From Octopus sinensis (taxonomy: Eukaryota), in assembly GCF_006345805.1 (NCBI RefSeq), contig NC_042997.1, positions 176,762,001 through 176,826,000 of the forward strand: 64,000 bases of DNA, given 5' to 3'. This document shows positions 11,281 through 23,769 of this stretch, one piece after another (within the stretch, counting starts at the first letter, position 1; each line of letters begins with the position of its first letter). The translations under genes were made by a program, and so were the position numbers. The notes below the pieces were generated by a model. It ran no database searches. It saw nothing but the letters and a program-made list of their open reading frames with translations, and was not told the DNA's origin.

Positions 11281-12200
11281 CTAGGACACCTTGACACTCG
11301 CATAAGCACCATCATTGAGGAAGATCTCAGAGCCATCAGTACCTCCTCATTTTCAAATGGTACAGACAGCAAGAAACTAAATTCCCTTGAAATCCTAAAT
11401 AAACCACTCATTCCTCATCAATCCAATAAACCCAACATTTCGTCAGACATCACATTTTGCTTCATACACCAAGCTAACCCAACCGCATGGCAAACAGTTC
11501 CCAACATTTTCTCGACCCGCTTAACAATTATAAAAACAGACTCAATGAAGAAAGCAAAATCCCTTTCACTATCCTGGGGAGAAAAACACACTAGAACAAA
11601 TTATATTGAAAAAAAATAAAGAAAACAGAACCAAAATTTTCGGAAGTCAAGTGTCACAATCATCAACAGAAACATCGACTGCCGTACATATATTCATAAG
11701 AATTGTTATCGCAGCCAAAAGACATATTCCATAAGGCAACATAAAAGATACTATCTGAAATAAACGCCAGAAATAGCAAATCTCTTAAAAACTAGCGACA
11801 ATCTCAATTACAAGACATTCATGCTACACATAACCGAAATAAAACATCGCATTAATCAGCTAAAGAAGGAAAAAATACCTTACAAAAAACACCCCCGAGA
11901 AAACTGTTGTATTCGACTTAAATCAGAGTACTAACAATAAAAAAAGAACTATAAAAAGTAATTAGCAGCATCAAAATAGACAAGGATCACACCATAGGCC
12001 ATGTCACAATAACAACATCAAATAATGTATTCACATTGTAGTATCAATCAAATGCCTTATTAGACAATTCTCGGAAGTCAACCATGAAAACCACACAAAA
12101 TTAGAAATACTCAAATTCCACTAAGTCACGATTTTAACTTCCTTTTCCCCGCTAGACACTCGAAAAAGAAAGGAGAAATTATATAAAAAAAAAATCTCAG
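11281..12200 (+). pseudogene. Possible decayed LINE ORF2 (AP-endonuclease-like) fragment
   Basis: FLDPLNNYKNRLNEESKIPFTILG resembles the APE xILGDFN region; heavily disrupted. Confidence 0.35.
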
Positions 12201-12269
12201 CATTTACTGAAATCTATGGCTATTCGTACAGATATTGTCAAATTTCTAGAATCTAAAAGCTTGGCAAAA

Positions 12270-12905
12270 TAATGGCTTCAAATTGTGGTACAAGACCCGC
12301 AACTTTTTATGTCGATTATATCGACTCTAGTGATCAACTGTTACTTATTTTATCGACCTCGAAAGGATAAAAATCAAAGTCGACCTCGGCAGAATTTGAA
12401 CTCAGAACGTAAAGCCTGAAGAAATACTGCTAAGAATTTTTGTCCAGCGTGCTAACGATTACGCTAGCTATCCGTCTTAAACTGGGTAAAATAATCCTTT
12501 CTATTATAGGCACAAGGCCTGAAATTTGGATGAGGGGGATAGTCAATTACATTGACCCCAATACTCAACTGGTACTTAATTTACTGACCCCGAAAGGATG
12601 AAATGTAAAGTCGACCTCGGCGGAATTTGAACTGAGAACGTAGCGACGTTTGAGCGTGCTATCAATTCTGCCAGCTCACCGCCTTAAAACTGGGTAAAAT
12701 AATGGTTTCAAATTTTGGCACAGCGGGAGGGGCTAAGTTGATTAAATTGACCCCCAACACTCAACTGGTTTTCATTCTATCGACTCCGAAAGGCTGTTAA
12801 AGTAAAGTCGACCTTGGCGGAATTTGAACGCAGAACGTAAAGACGGACGAAATGCCGTTAAGCATTTTGTCCGGCGTACTAATGACTCTGCCAGCTCGCC
12901 GCCCA
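12270..12905 (-). mobile_element. Three tandem copies of the abundant tRNA-derived SINE family A
   Basis: Each has AAAGTCGACCT(C/T)GGC(A/G)GAATTTGAAC; units separated by AAACTGGGTAAAATAAT-like linkers. Confidence 0.85.
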
Positions 12906-13080
12906 TAGCTGGGCAAGATAATAGTAATTGTAAAAGCTCGACGACACATCTCTCACTTATGCACGCTCTCAAAAATTCCGGGAAAGCAAATCGTTGATAT
13001 CATTGATTCATATATTGTCGTCTGTAAATCGCAATATCGATTCAGACTACTATACAGAATCACCTCACAGTGCACAGACC

Positions 13081-13590
13081 GGATCTTTTCCTTTTGAACG
13101 GCATATGTCAACACAATTTCTAGTTAACTAAACACTTTTAAACTTCGTATACTGGTAGAATGTGTTTATAAAACATCATTTTTTCTTGGCTTTATTGAGT
13201 AAATTCTATAGTTTGTAAGATATTTCCACTTTAAAATCGAGCATTTCGGCAATTTTAACCAATCGCTGGAGTCCATTTGGGTTGAAAACATTCCGTGCTG
13301 TATGAATATGTCCCTCGTTTAAGAAACAGATTGGGTTTATTTACATTTGCGAAGAAAAAAAAATACCCTTCCCCCACCCTTAACCCTAACCCTAATTAAC
13401 CCTAACCCTTAAACAGCTTGAAATGCAATAGATCGATACTAGGGTTATAATTATGGGTGACAATTTCATACGACACCGCTACGGAAAATGAGATTTTTTT
13501 CTAGCGGTGTCAAATGAAAATGTCACCCATAATTATAACCCTAGTATCGATCTATTGCATTTCAATCTGTTTTAGGGTTAGGGTTAGTTT
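13081..13590 (-). mobile_element. MITE copy (reverse orientation, one TIR lost) fused to an inverted partial copy
   Basis: TIR at 13081; arms ~13395-13481 and ~13501-13588 are inverted repeats. Confidence 0.85.
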
Positions 13591-13699
13591 CTTCAATGCT
13601 ATGAATGGTGTGAGTGAAGTAAAAGCGGTTTCAACTGCATGTAGAAACCGGGCCATAGATACGGCCCCCATTTACGGAGCATACAACAGCAGCAGCAGC

Positions 13700-13900
13700 A
13701 GCTGTTCAAGAATTTGGACCTGGAAATCTCCATTTCCAGCGACTTCGAGGGGCCACCTCCCAGTGGTGTCGGGCGTCAACGAAGAGCCCTCGACTACAAC
13801 AAGACGACCAAAGTTTTTTTTCTCCCAAAGTCTGGGGTCTCCCGCCCTTAAGCCCTAGACATCACCTAATCACCCTTAACCATCTTGTTGCTTAACAACA
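13700..13900 (+). repeat. ~200-bp GC-richer dispersed repeat, copy 1, with HDV-ribozyme-like core
   Basis: Highly similar to 34010-34205. Confidence 0.85.
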
Positions 13901-14072
13901 ACAGCAGTAGCAGAAGTAAGCTGTAGTAACATTACCACCAAGAAGAAGAGGGATTACTACTACTACTACTACTACTACTACGCCACCAGACACCACCACC
14001 ACCGCCACCACCACCACTACTTATAGTAGTAGTAGTAGTAGTAGTAGCAGCAGCAGCAGCAGCAGCAGCAGC
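13900..14072. repeat. Compound trinucleotide microsatellite (TAC)n/(CCA)n/(TAG)n/(CAG)n
   Basis: Direct reading. Confidence 0.9.
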
Positions 14073-14480
14073 AAAAATTCACAGTGTCAGAAGACTTAAA
14101 CCGTTCAATCAAAAGAAACGCTCGCCTTCCCGTTTCGGAACGATCGATTCGGAGATATTTTCTTAACACTATTGGATGTCTGAAATCATTTTGTAATCGA
14201 TGAAAGCAGAATAGAACCCACAATGAGGAAACAATCATTATTTTTGTTACTTGTTAGCTGCTTTTCGAGCGATACTGGAATTGATCGTTCGCCTAATTCC
14301 GTCCCATCCCAGTAAATCCGGATGCTGGACGTGAGCAGTGAATGGACAGAAGTCATTAATCAGTAAATAAATAGCAACACCGCTGCTTGATTGCTAGCTT
14401 TGGAGTTTTAATAAACATTGCCTATTCTATTATATATGGGAATGTGTTGGGCGTCTCTCTGTATGAGGGTATGGATGTCT

Positions 14481-14718
14481 GTAAAGGGCGGCGAGCTGGC
14501 AGAGACGTTAGCACGCCGGGCGAAGTGCGTGGTCGTATTTCGTCTGCCGTTACGTTCTGAGTTCAAATTCCGCCGAGGTCGACTTTGTCTTTCATCCTTT
14601 CGGGGTCGATAAATTAAGTACCAGATACGCACAGGGGTCGATGTAATCGACTTAATCCATTTGTCTGTCCTTGTTTGTCTCCCTCTATGTTTAGCCCCTT
14701 GTGGGCAATAAAGAAATA
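14481..14718 (+). mobile_element. Full-length family A SINE, 13-bp TSD GGTATGGATGTCT
   Basis: A-box TGGCAGAGACGTTAG; B-box GAGTTCAAATTCC; TSD at 14468-14480 and 14719-14731. Confidence 0.95.
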
Positions 14719-14734
14719 GGTATGGATGTCTACA

Positions 14735-14772
<38 letters not shown>

Positions 14773-15047
14773 CATGTGTGAATGTTTGTGTATGTTCGTG
14801 TGAAGGTGGTTGCGTTTTAGGGATGGGTGATAAATGATTTTGGTTCATGTATGTGTGTGTGAGGGGCAACAAAGAAAGAAAGAGAGAAAAGAAAAGAGAG
14901 AGAGAGAGAAGGAAGAGAGAGAGAGAAAGAGAGAGAAAGGAAGAGAGAGAGAGAGAGATAGAGATAGTTTCGTGTAACTTGACATATGGAAGCGTTTCAA
15001 CCAAAATATGGAAACATACTTTGACCATCTCATGGTACCTTATGACA

Positions 15048-15373
15048 GTGAGGGCGCGTGGCTTAGTGGTTAGGGCATTCGGCTCATGATCGTAAGGTTG
15101 TGAGTTCGATTCCCGGCGACGCGTTGTGTCCTTGAGCAAGACACTTTATTTCACGTTGCTCCAGTCCACTCAGCTGGCAAAAATGAGTTGTACTTGTATT
15201 TCAAAGGGTCAGCCTTGTCACTCTCTGTGTCACGATGATTATCCCCGAGAACTACGTTAAGGGTACACGTGTCTGTGGAATGCTCAGCCATTTGCACGTT
15301 AATTTCACGAGCAAGCTGTTCCGTTGATCGTATCAGCTGGGACCCTCGTCGTCGTAACCGGCGGAGAGAAAGA
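15048..15373 (+). mobile_element. Full-length tRNA-derived SINE (family D-related), 11-bp TSD ACCTTATGACA
   Basis: GGCGCGTGGCTTAGTGGTTAGG head; GAGTTCGATTCCC B-box; TSD at 15037-15047 and 15374-15384. Confidence 0.9.
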
Positions 15374-15583
15374 ACCTTATGACATAGTAAACGGTCATGA
15401 AATCGTTTTGAAGTAAAAGTATGTGCTTCCATGTGGTCGCTCGATCTGCTCGAAATAGCAACCATATCTTCTAACAATCGCATCCTCACACTTTAAGAAT
15501 TAAATTAAGTTTTAGTTCCTGGTAATCTGATGATTACAAGCTTTATATATCATTTTATTCTTAATATGAGTTTAACAATCTTA

Positions 15584-16310
15584 AGGTGGTGAGCGGCAGA
15601 ATCGTTAGAGCGCCGGAAAAAATGCTAAGCAGTATTTCTTCTGGTGAGCTGGCAGAATAGCTAGCGCACCGGGCGAAATGCTTAGCGGTATTTTATTGCC
15701 CCCACTCCAAAGGATAAAAGGTAAAGTCAACTCCGGCGCATTTGAACTCAAAACGTAAAGACGGAAGAAACGCCACTAAGAATTTTTTTCCGTGCGCTAG
15801 CTATTCTTATTTCTTTACTGCCCACAAGGGGCTACACACATAGAGAACAAACGGATTAAGTCGATTATATCGACCCCAGTGCGTAACTGGTACTTAATTT
15901 ATCGACCCCGAAAGGATGAAAGGCAAAGTCGACCTCGGCGGAATTTGAACTCAGAACGTAGCGGCAGACGAAATACCTATTTCTTTACTACCCACAAGGG
16001 GCTAAACACAGAGGAGACAAACAAGGACAGACAAACGGATTAAGTCAATTACATCGACCCCAGGGCGTAACTGGTACTTATTTCTTTACTACCCACAAGG
16101 GGCTAAACACAGAGGGGACAATCAAGGACAGACAAACGGATTAAGTCGATTACATCGACCCCAGTGCGTAACTGGTACTTAATTTATCGACCCCGAAAGG
16201 ATGAAAGGCAAAGTCGACCTCGGCGGAATTTGAACTCAGAACGTAACGGCAAATGAAATACGGCTACGCATTTCGCCCGGCGTGCTAATGTTTCTGCCAA
16301 CTCGCCGCCT
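15584..16310 (-). mobile_element. Nested array of family A SINEs (plus-strand head fragments, then ~4 minus-strand units)
   Basis: Repeated TATTTCTTTACT(A/G)CCCACAAGGGG tails and GTCGACCTCGGCGG cores. Confidence 0.9.
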
Positions 16311-16889
16311 TTTTATCTAAACTAATTACTACCATGAAGTCCCGCGTATTTCAACGTAAGCCACGAGTTTTGTTCTTTCCTTCTTTCTTTTGCTAATACC
16401 AATTATTAGATTCTGTTTATGCTGGGATTTCATGTTCATCTTTATCACATCTCACATCTTCATTTCTAAGAAGTAATTTTGTATTTCTTCACTCGGATTA
16501 TTAATTAATTTCTCTGCGTTTATAAACATCAATAACATTCTTTTAATTATATTTCACATTTTTATAGGGATCTGAAATTAGTTTTTAATAAATACCATCG
16601 TCGCCATCTTCTACGGAAGCTTTAATATCTCGTTTGAGAAGTGAAACACAACGAAGACCGATTAGGGAAAATAAACGAAAGGAGTGACCTTATATGGAAT
16701 TGCATTATAGACTTAGTAAGTTTAGAGAATCAGGGGCCACTTAGTAGTGGTAGAATGTATCATAACAGAACACAAATTTACATGTGTATCTTTATGTATA
16801 TTTATATAAATGGCGTTCAGGAAATATATTCGTCGTAAAAAATATAACCAAAGGCAAAAAGTGTGCGTGTGTGCATATGTGTGTATGTG

Positions 16890-17190
16890 ATCACATGACC
16901 GACCAGACCATCAGATGTTGTTACACATCGCTGGTCACAATGCGTTCGCATTGTTTTAGCCTTCGAATGACGCCACCCCGCTGGCTAAGCGAGCAGGCCA
17001 ACAGAAGAAAGAGCGGGAGAAAGAGTGGTGAAAGAGTACAGCAGGGATCACCACCCTTTGCCGGAGCCTAGTGGAGCTTTTAGGTGTTTTCGCTCAATAA
17101 ACACACACAACGCCCGGTCTGGGAATCGAAACCGCGATCCTGCGACCGCGAGTCCGCTGCCCTAACCACTAGGCCATTGCGCCTCCACAT
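16890..17190 (-). mobile_element. Full-length tRNA-derived SINE, family C
   Basis: Minus-strand head GTGGAGGCGCAATGGCCTAGTGGTTAGGGCAGCGGACTCGCGGTCGCAGGATCGCGGTTTCGATTCCC; matches 56346-56648. Confidence 0.9.
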
Positions 17191-17654
17191 GTGTGTATGT
17201 ATGTATGTATGTATGTGTAATTATACCTGTATATGTTTATAATCATTATTATTGTTGTTATTATTAGTTGTTTCATTTAATAATGCTATTGAAAATTAGA
17301 TTCGATTGAATTCCCACGATGCATATCGGCAACTTAAAAAAGTGATGCAAAACAAGATACAGAACGAATGGTTATGACAGGCTTTTTAAAATCGAAATTA
17401 ATGTAGGCGGCAGCGGCTGAATGATTGAGTCGTTAGCGCGACGGATGATGTGCTTTTGTGTTTGTTACATTTGATTTCTGCAGTCAGACTTCAGATGCAG
17501 CAGAGGTTGTTCTCACTTTCCGTTCCTTGCGGGGCGATAATTAAGTAACAGTCGTGTGGAGGGTCGTCCTCGCCTTTCCCTCTTTCTCTCTCTCTTTCAG
17601 AATCGGAAGCGATGAAGGGTACAAGAAAGGAGCACTTACATAAGATAACAGAAG

Positions 17655-18498
17655 GCAAAGTCGACCTCGGCGGAATTTGAACTCAGAACATAGCGACATA
17701 TGAAATACTGCTAAGCATTTCGCCCGCCGTGCTAACGATTCTGCCAGCTCGCTGCCTTTCTATATATATTTCTTTACTACCCACAAGGGGCTAAACACAG
17801 AGGGGACTAAACACAGTGCGTAACTGGTGCTTAATTTATCGACCCCGAAAGGATGAAAGGCCAAGTCAACCTCGGCGGAATTTGAACTCAGAACGTAACG
17901 GCAGACGAAATACTGCTAAGCATTTCACCCGGCGTGCTAAAGATTCTTATTTCTTTATTGCCCACAAGGGGATAAACATAGAGGGGACAAACAAGGACAA
18001 ACAAACGGATAAAGTCGATTTTATCGACCCAGAGCGTAACTGGTACTTAATTTATCGACCCCGAAAGGATGAAAGGTAAAGTGGACCTCGGCGGAATTTG
18101 AACTCAGAACGTAGCTATATATGAAATACTGCCAAGCATTTCGCCCGGTGTGCTAACGATTCTGCCAGCTCGCTACCTTTCTATATACTAGAACAAAAAA
18201 TTGTAAGGATAAAACATTAGAATTAACCACTATCAAACTTGGTGCATAAGAAAATCGGACATTCCATTCTTAATGACCTGACAGAAAGGCAGCGAGCTGG
18301 CGGAATCGTTAGTACGCCTGGCGAAATGCTTAGCGGTGTTTCGCAGGTCGTTACGTTCTGAGTTCAAATTCCGCGAAGGACGACTTTGCCTTTCATCCTT
18401 TCGAGGTCGATAAATTAATTACCAGAGGTACACTGGGGTCGATGTAATCGACTTAACCCCTCCCCCCAAATTTCTGCCCTCGTGGAAAAATTTGAAAC

Positions 18499-18500
<2 letters not shown>
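17655..18500. mobile_element. Family A SINE cluster (minus units 17655-18180, plus copy 18288-18500)
   Basis: Repeated family A cores. Confidence 0.9.
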
Positions 18501-18529
<29 letters not shown>

Positions 18530-19107
18530 GAGTGAGAGAGCAGTGCATGCCATCAAAGTGACACTGGGGTAAAATATACGAAGCCCAATATACCCATCAT
18601 GACTACCCGTTTGATAAGGATACACTAGGTACATGCATCACAACCATATGTGACATGGTAATCTCATATCAAGACAAACAGCGCATGACCTTGCAGGTGG
18701 GGCCCAGTTAGAATTTTCTTCTGGTCGAGTAACCCATCCTGCCCAAAAGGTCCCTAAATAAGGGTTGTTTAAGGATGTTGAACGAAACACCCATGTTTCC
18801 AGAGGTGAATTATTCAAACCCCCAAAGAATCCCTCTCAACACATGGCTATGATGCTCCCCTACTACTTCTGCTCGTGATTAGAGATGCACATATTGTCAG
18901 CCACTACGGGACATGCTCAACTGGTTATGGTTAAACAACTGACAAGCAAATCTGTGGTATTGAGCAGAATATTTGCTGTAGCCCATCTTTTATACCAAGA
19001 CAAAACAATGTACATGATAACACTTCCAATCAGTTAAGATCAGAAGCCATGATAACACTTCCAATCAGTTAAGATCAGAAGCCACTGTCTGGTACTGCAT
19101 CAGGGCA
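18530..19107. mobile_element. ~580-bp non-coding element flanked on both sides by (TTA)n/(ATT)n
   Basis: Sharp compositional boundaries against the trinucleotide tracts; internal 35-bp tandem duplication (~19011-19083); no long ORF and no tRNA head. Confidence 0.55.
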
Positions 19108-19974
19108 TTTATTATCATCATTATTATTATTATTATTATTTTATTATCATTATTATTATTATTATTATAATTTTGCTTTCATTTGTCAATATACGACAGA
19201 GGAATGTTAAATGAATTTATTGAATTATTTTTACCCTTAAGGATGGAAATATTTGTTATTTTGTTCCCGTTTTGCGCAAAATGTTTTACGATATGGTTAC
19301 TGTGGAGGCGGCAGGAGGTGATTCCGTTAATGGTAGCAACCATCTCACTCCGGAGGAGGGAAATATTTTAAATATTTTTATTTTTAATGTTTTTAATAAT
19401 TAAAAAAAAATATCACAATTATATTAAAGGCGGATAATAATACTATACTGAATAGTGAGCAGAATGGCAACGGTAGCAAAATGTGGAATCTGAAAGCAAA
19501 GTGTCTTTCCAGATGCTGTTGTTTCATGCTGGCAGTTTGATCCAAATTTAATGGAAGAAAAACATTCAAAATATTCGGTAATACTTCACATAACAGAAGC
19601 GCAAAAACAAAGCCTCTTATTACTTTTGGATATTTCCCCACATGATGACACACGTAAATTCGCCTGAAGAAGATTATGAGAAAATTATAAAATAACACCA
19701 GACATTAACCATATGAAGAAAACTCTTTCTTGGAGTTTAGTTGATGTGTTATTTAATCATAAACAATATGATAAACATTAATGCTTATGCAGCATGATTA
19801 TCCGATGGATATACAAACTTGTGTCCCTTTTGTAAACAAAGCGATTGTTTGAAGGTGGAAAACAGTAATATTAATAGAAATCAATCCTTGGTCTGTTGAT
19901 GCCTTGTTGCATGAGTTTTGTTACATAGAAATGGATAAATTACCGACATGGCTACAGTGTTTGTTTTTCATGCT

Positions 19975-20556
19975 AAATAGTGGTTTCAGAATTTGGCACA
20001 AAGCCAGAAACAGTTTCGGGTGAGGGGCTAGGTCGATTACATCGACCACACTGCTCAACTGATACATATTTTATCGACCCCCGAAAGGATGAAAGGCGAA
20101 GTCGACTTCGGCTGAATTTGAACTCAGAACGTAAAGGTGGACAAAATACCTTTTTCTTTACTAACAACAAGGGGCTAAACACAGAAGGGACAGACAAACG
20201 GATTAAGTCGATTACATCGACCCCAGTACGCAACTGGTACTTATTTAATCGACCCCGAAAGGATAAAAGGCAAAGTCGACCTCGGCGGAATTTGAACTCA
20301 GAACTTAGAGGCGGACGAAATACCTATTTCTTTATTACCCACAAGGGGCTAAACACAGAGGGAACAAACAAGGACAGACATAGGTATTAAGTCGATTACA
20401 TCGACCCCAGTTCGTAACTGGTACTTAATTTATCGACCCCGAAAGGATGAAAGGCAAAGTCGACCTCGGCGGAATTTGAACTCACAACGTAACGCAGACG
20501 AAATACCGCTATGCATTTTGCCCGGCGTGCTTACGATTCTGCCTACTCGCCGCCTT
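19975..20556 (-). mobile_element. Three head-to-tail family A SINE units
   Basis: Junctions at GA(C)(A/G)AAATACC|T(A/T)TTTCTTTA. Confidence 0.9.
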
Positions 20557-21993
20557 TTTTTCATACTAAATATTACTATGAGATATATCCAATGATTTTA
20601 ATCGTCAATGAGTTTGTAAATTAATTAAATTAATTGACTTTGCTAAATACATTGTATAGTCATAAAGACTTCTCATATTCAGTATACAGCTTGTACATGA
20701 ATGCAGTGAATGCTAAAATCTTATATCCCACAATAGCCTTTAGTATAAATCATGGATAAATACAAACGTTAACTTTAAATAAACGTGTATTCCGTGGTGA
20801 TGGTGTTGTCAGAGAAATACTGAGCCATTCCATGTATTCTCCTGGTAAATGCCCAGGGGTAAATAGTTTGAGATTGGTGGTAGTGAGTAGAAAATCCAGA
20901 TGGTTCAAGTTCAGGGACAAATGATATTTAAAACCCTACTTTCAGAAAAAAAAAGCAAATTAAGCAAAATTAAACAAAACTGGGAAAATTTGACAGCTGT
21001 TGTTGCCCCTAACTACTAAGCCACGCGCCTTCACTAAGGTTACACTAAGCATCGACTAAAACCCGTTAAGCATACACTTCTGGAGTACTTTGAAGGTAAC
21101 CATGAACAACTTCCAGAATTACTTGTCATAACAGTGGTGCCGAGGAGTACTATACGTTCGGAACAAGCTGTACAGATATGTTAAGCGAATAGCAGGAAAC
21201 AATCATGCACATTCTCACCAACTCTAAATCACCTCTGTTACTAGTCTGCTATGAATACTTGCTGCATTGTAATTGACGAATATAGTTATTCATCAAGTAC
21301 GAAGTAAACCCTCTCTCGGTGTCTTTCTTTATTTTTAACAAAAAATATCGGTAAGTGTCTGGTATATTTGTGTTAAGTGAATACAAATTGTGTGTCTTGT
21401 GGCTATGGTTGCGTAGTGAACGAGAGTGGTAATGCATGTGATGAGGGGCGCATGCAGCCATTCATAACCTTATTATTGTATAATCATCTCGTCTGTGGTG
21501 TCCTGTCTGTCCTTGTTTGTCCCCCTCTATATTTGGGCTCTTGTGGCTAATAAAGAAACCGAGAGTGAAAGTTTTAAAGTCAAATATTTTCAGCTTACAG
21601 GAATATTTCTTGGTATTCTTTCAGTAGAAGGTAAGGTTGGTAAAAGAAGTTCCTCCAGTGAATTTTATGAAAGATGGATGAATAGCAGGTATCGCTTAGA
21701 GACAGGCTGAGTTCCGTACATTTTAGCCACCTTTGAGATTTTTCGTACATATTCCTCTCTGTTCGGTCGTATTGGATATTGGTTATGTAGGAGATTTTAT
21801 TAGCTGTGTCTTACCATGACATTTTGTAATGCTGATTTCAATTTGATTTTTCATATATTTAAAAGTAGTTTCCTCTAGTGTTTCTCTATCCGTCTCTTGG
21901 TTTCTGTTGTTACCGCGGCCCTGTTTTATATTTTTCTGAAGGCAGAAAACAATTTTCCTTTTGTAGAATTTTATAGAATTTTATACTAGTTTC

Positions 21994-22428
21994 GGATCTT
22001 TTCGGTTTGAACGGCAGTTTTTTCTAGCGGTGTCATATGAAATTGTAACCCATAATTATGACCCTAGAATCGATCTATTGCATTTCAATCTCTTTTAGGG
22101 TTAGGGCTAGTTAGGGCTGGTTAGGGTTAGAGGTGGGGGAAGGATATCTTTTTTCTTCAGAAATGTAAATAAACCCAATCTGTTTCTTAAACGAGGGACA
22201 TATTCATACAGCACAGAATGCTTTTTAACTCAATAGACGTCAGTGATTGGTTGAAATTGCAGAAATTGAAGAAAAAAAACAACAAATATCTTACAAACTA
22301 TAGAAATTTCTCAATAAAGCCAAGAGAAAAAGATGTTTTATAAACACATTCTACCAGTATACGAAGTTTAAAATTTTTTAGTTACAAAGAAATTATGTTA
22401 TAAACTGCCGTTCAAACCGAAAAGATCC
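21994..22428 (+). mobile_element. MITE, 8-bp TSD CTAGTTTC
   Basis: TSD at 21986-21993 and 22429-22436; intact TIRs. Confidence 0.95.
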
Positions 22429-22893
22429 CTAGTTTCTCTTTATTCGCTCCTATTTATTTTTGAAGTTACACAATAGTTAATTTATTATAATTTTCCTGAG
22501 TTGTTGGAAAATATCTCTCTATCATTGTTTTTCTCATTTTCCTGCTTAGTCTAGTTAATTCACGTAGATTACTGTTGAGAACAATATTATTATAACTCGT
22601 GGAAATAGAAGGAATTTATTATATTTCACCTTATCTTTGGCATATACTTGTTTTAGGAAGTAATTTAATACGTTTATAATAATCATTTCTAATCCTTTCT
22701 TTCATTTTAAGGTGTTATGTGCTGTCTAGATAACTAATTCAGAAGTATTTGTCTGTATTTGAACACTATTAATAGTTTTTAGCTGATTTGATCTTGTTTT
22801 GGTTATTTCTTTAAACCGCATTTTATACCAAATTTTCTACTGAGTCCAGTAAGGGGATTTTTTTGTTATTTGTAGCATGAAGTTCAAATCATC

Positions 22894-23440
22894 GGATCTT
22901 TTCGGTTTGAACGGCAGTTTTTTCTAGCGGTGTCATATGAAATTGTCACCCATAATTATGACCCTAGTATCTTTTTTCTTCAGAAATGTAAATAAACCCA
23001 ATCTGTTTCTTAAACGAATATATAATGTGTAATGTGTGTATCTGTGCAACAGAGAGGGAAATTAAAACTGCATTTGTTGTGAACTTAGAATATGAGTTTA
23101 TTAATAAAAGTTTAATAACGATAATCTTTTATTCATACGAACGTAACTGATATGAAATATGTCATAAATAACAGTGAGAAATTGATATGACACCGCAAGA
23201 AATTGTTGTTGACAAACAACTGCAGAAATTGTATTCACCTCAATAGACGTCATTGATTGGTTAAAATTGCCGAAATGCAAGAAATTTAACAAGAAATAGC
23301 TTACAAACTACAGAATTTTCTCAAGAAAGCCAAGAGAAAAAAATGTTTTATGTAACACATTCTACCAATATACGAAGTTTAAAAGTGTTTAGTTACAAAG
23401 AAATTATTTTAAAAATCTGCCGGTCAAAGTGAAAAGATCC
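22894..23440 (+). mobile_element. Rearranged or chimeric MITE (young left part, divergent right part, no matching TSD)
   Basis: TIRs at both ends; internal deletion and a divergent segment similar to 24390-24620. Confidence 0.7.
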
Positions 23441-23769
23441 ATTTACAGAACTAGAGGGCTTAAGTCCAGCCGTTTATTTAGATTGTCACAATTTTTATCG
23501 AGCATCAGTTTATTTATTTTAAGTGATGAGAATTCTGCATCTGCTTTATGAATTAATTTCAAAGTATGCATTTATTAAAAGAATTTGTGATGTTGATCTG
23601 TTTTGTGTTCTGTTAATGTATTTCTACGCAATCATTAGTGCGAACATGATACAGATATTCATTAGCAGTTTTCATATCAAAAAACAAAACAACAACGCTA
23701 TTTCACCAATGTTAATGCATGTTATTTAACTAGATACTACTTCATCTAAGTGTGATTCGTTATCATATG

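Noticed and set aside
14408-15139. 243-aa ORF
   Set aside because: Reads through two SINEs plus (GA)n and (CA)n tracts.
17120-17190. tRNA-like heads (also 15052, 56580, 14487)
   Set aside because: They run directly into SINE bodies and I could not fold a complete cloverleaf; not called as tRNA genes.
19975-20556. Regularly repeated units suggesting a CRISPR-like array
   Set aside because: Units are ~170-200-bp SINE copies with no unique spacers and no cas genes; eukaryotic context.
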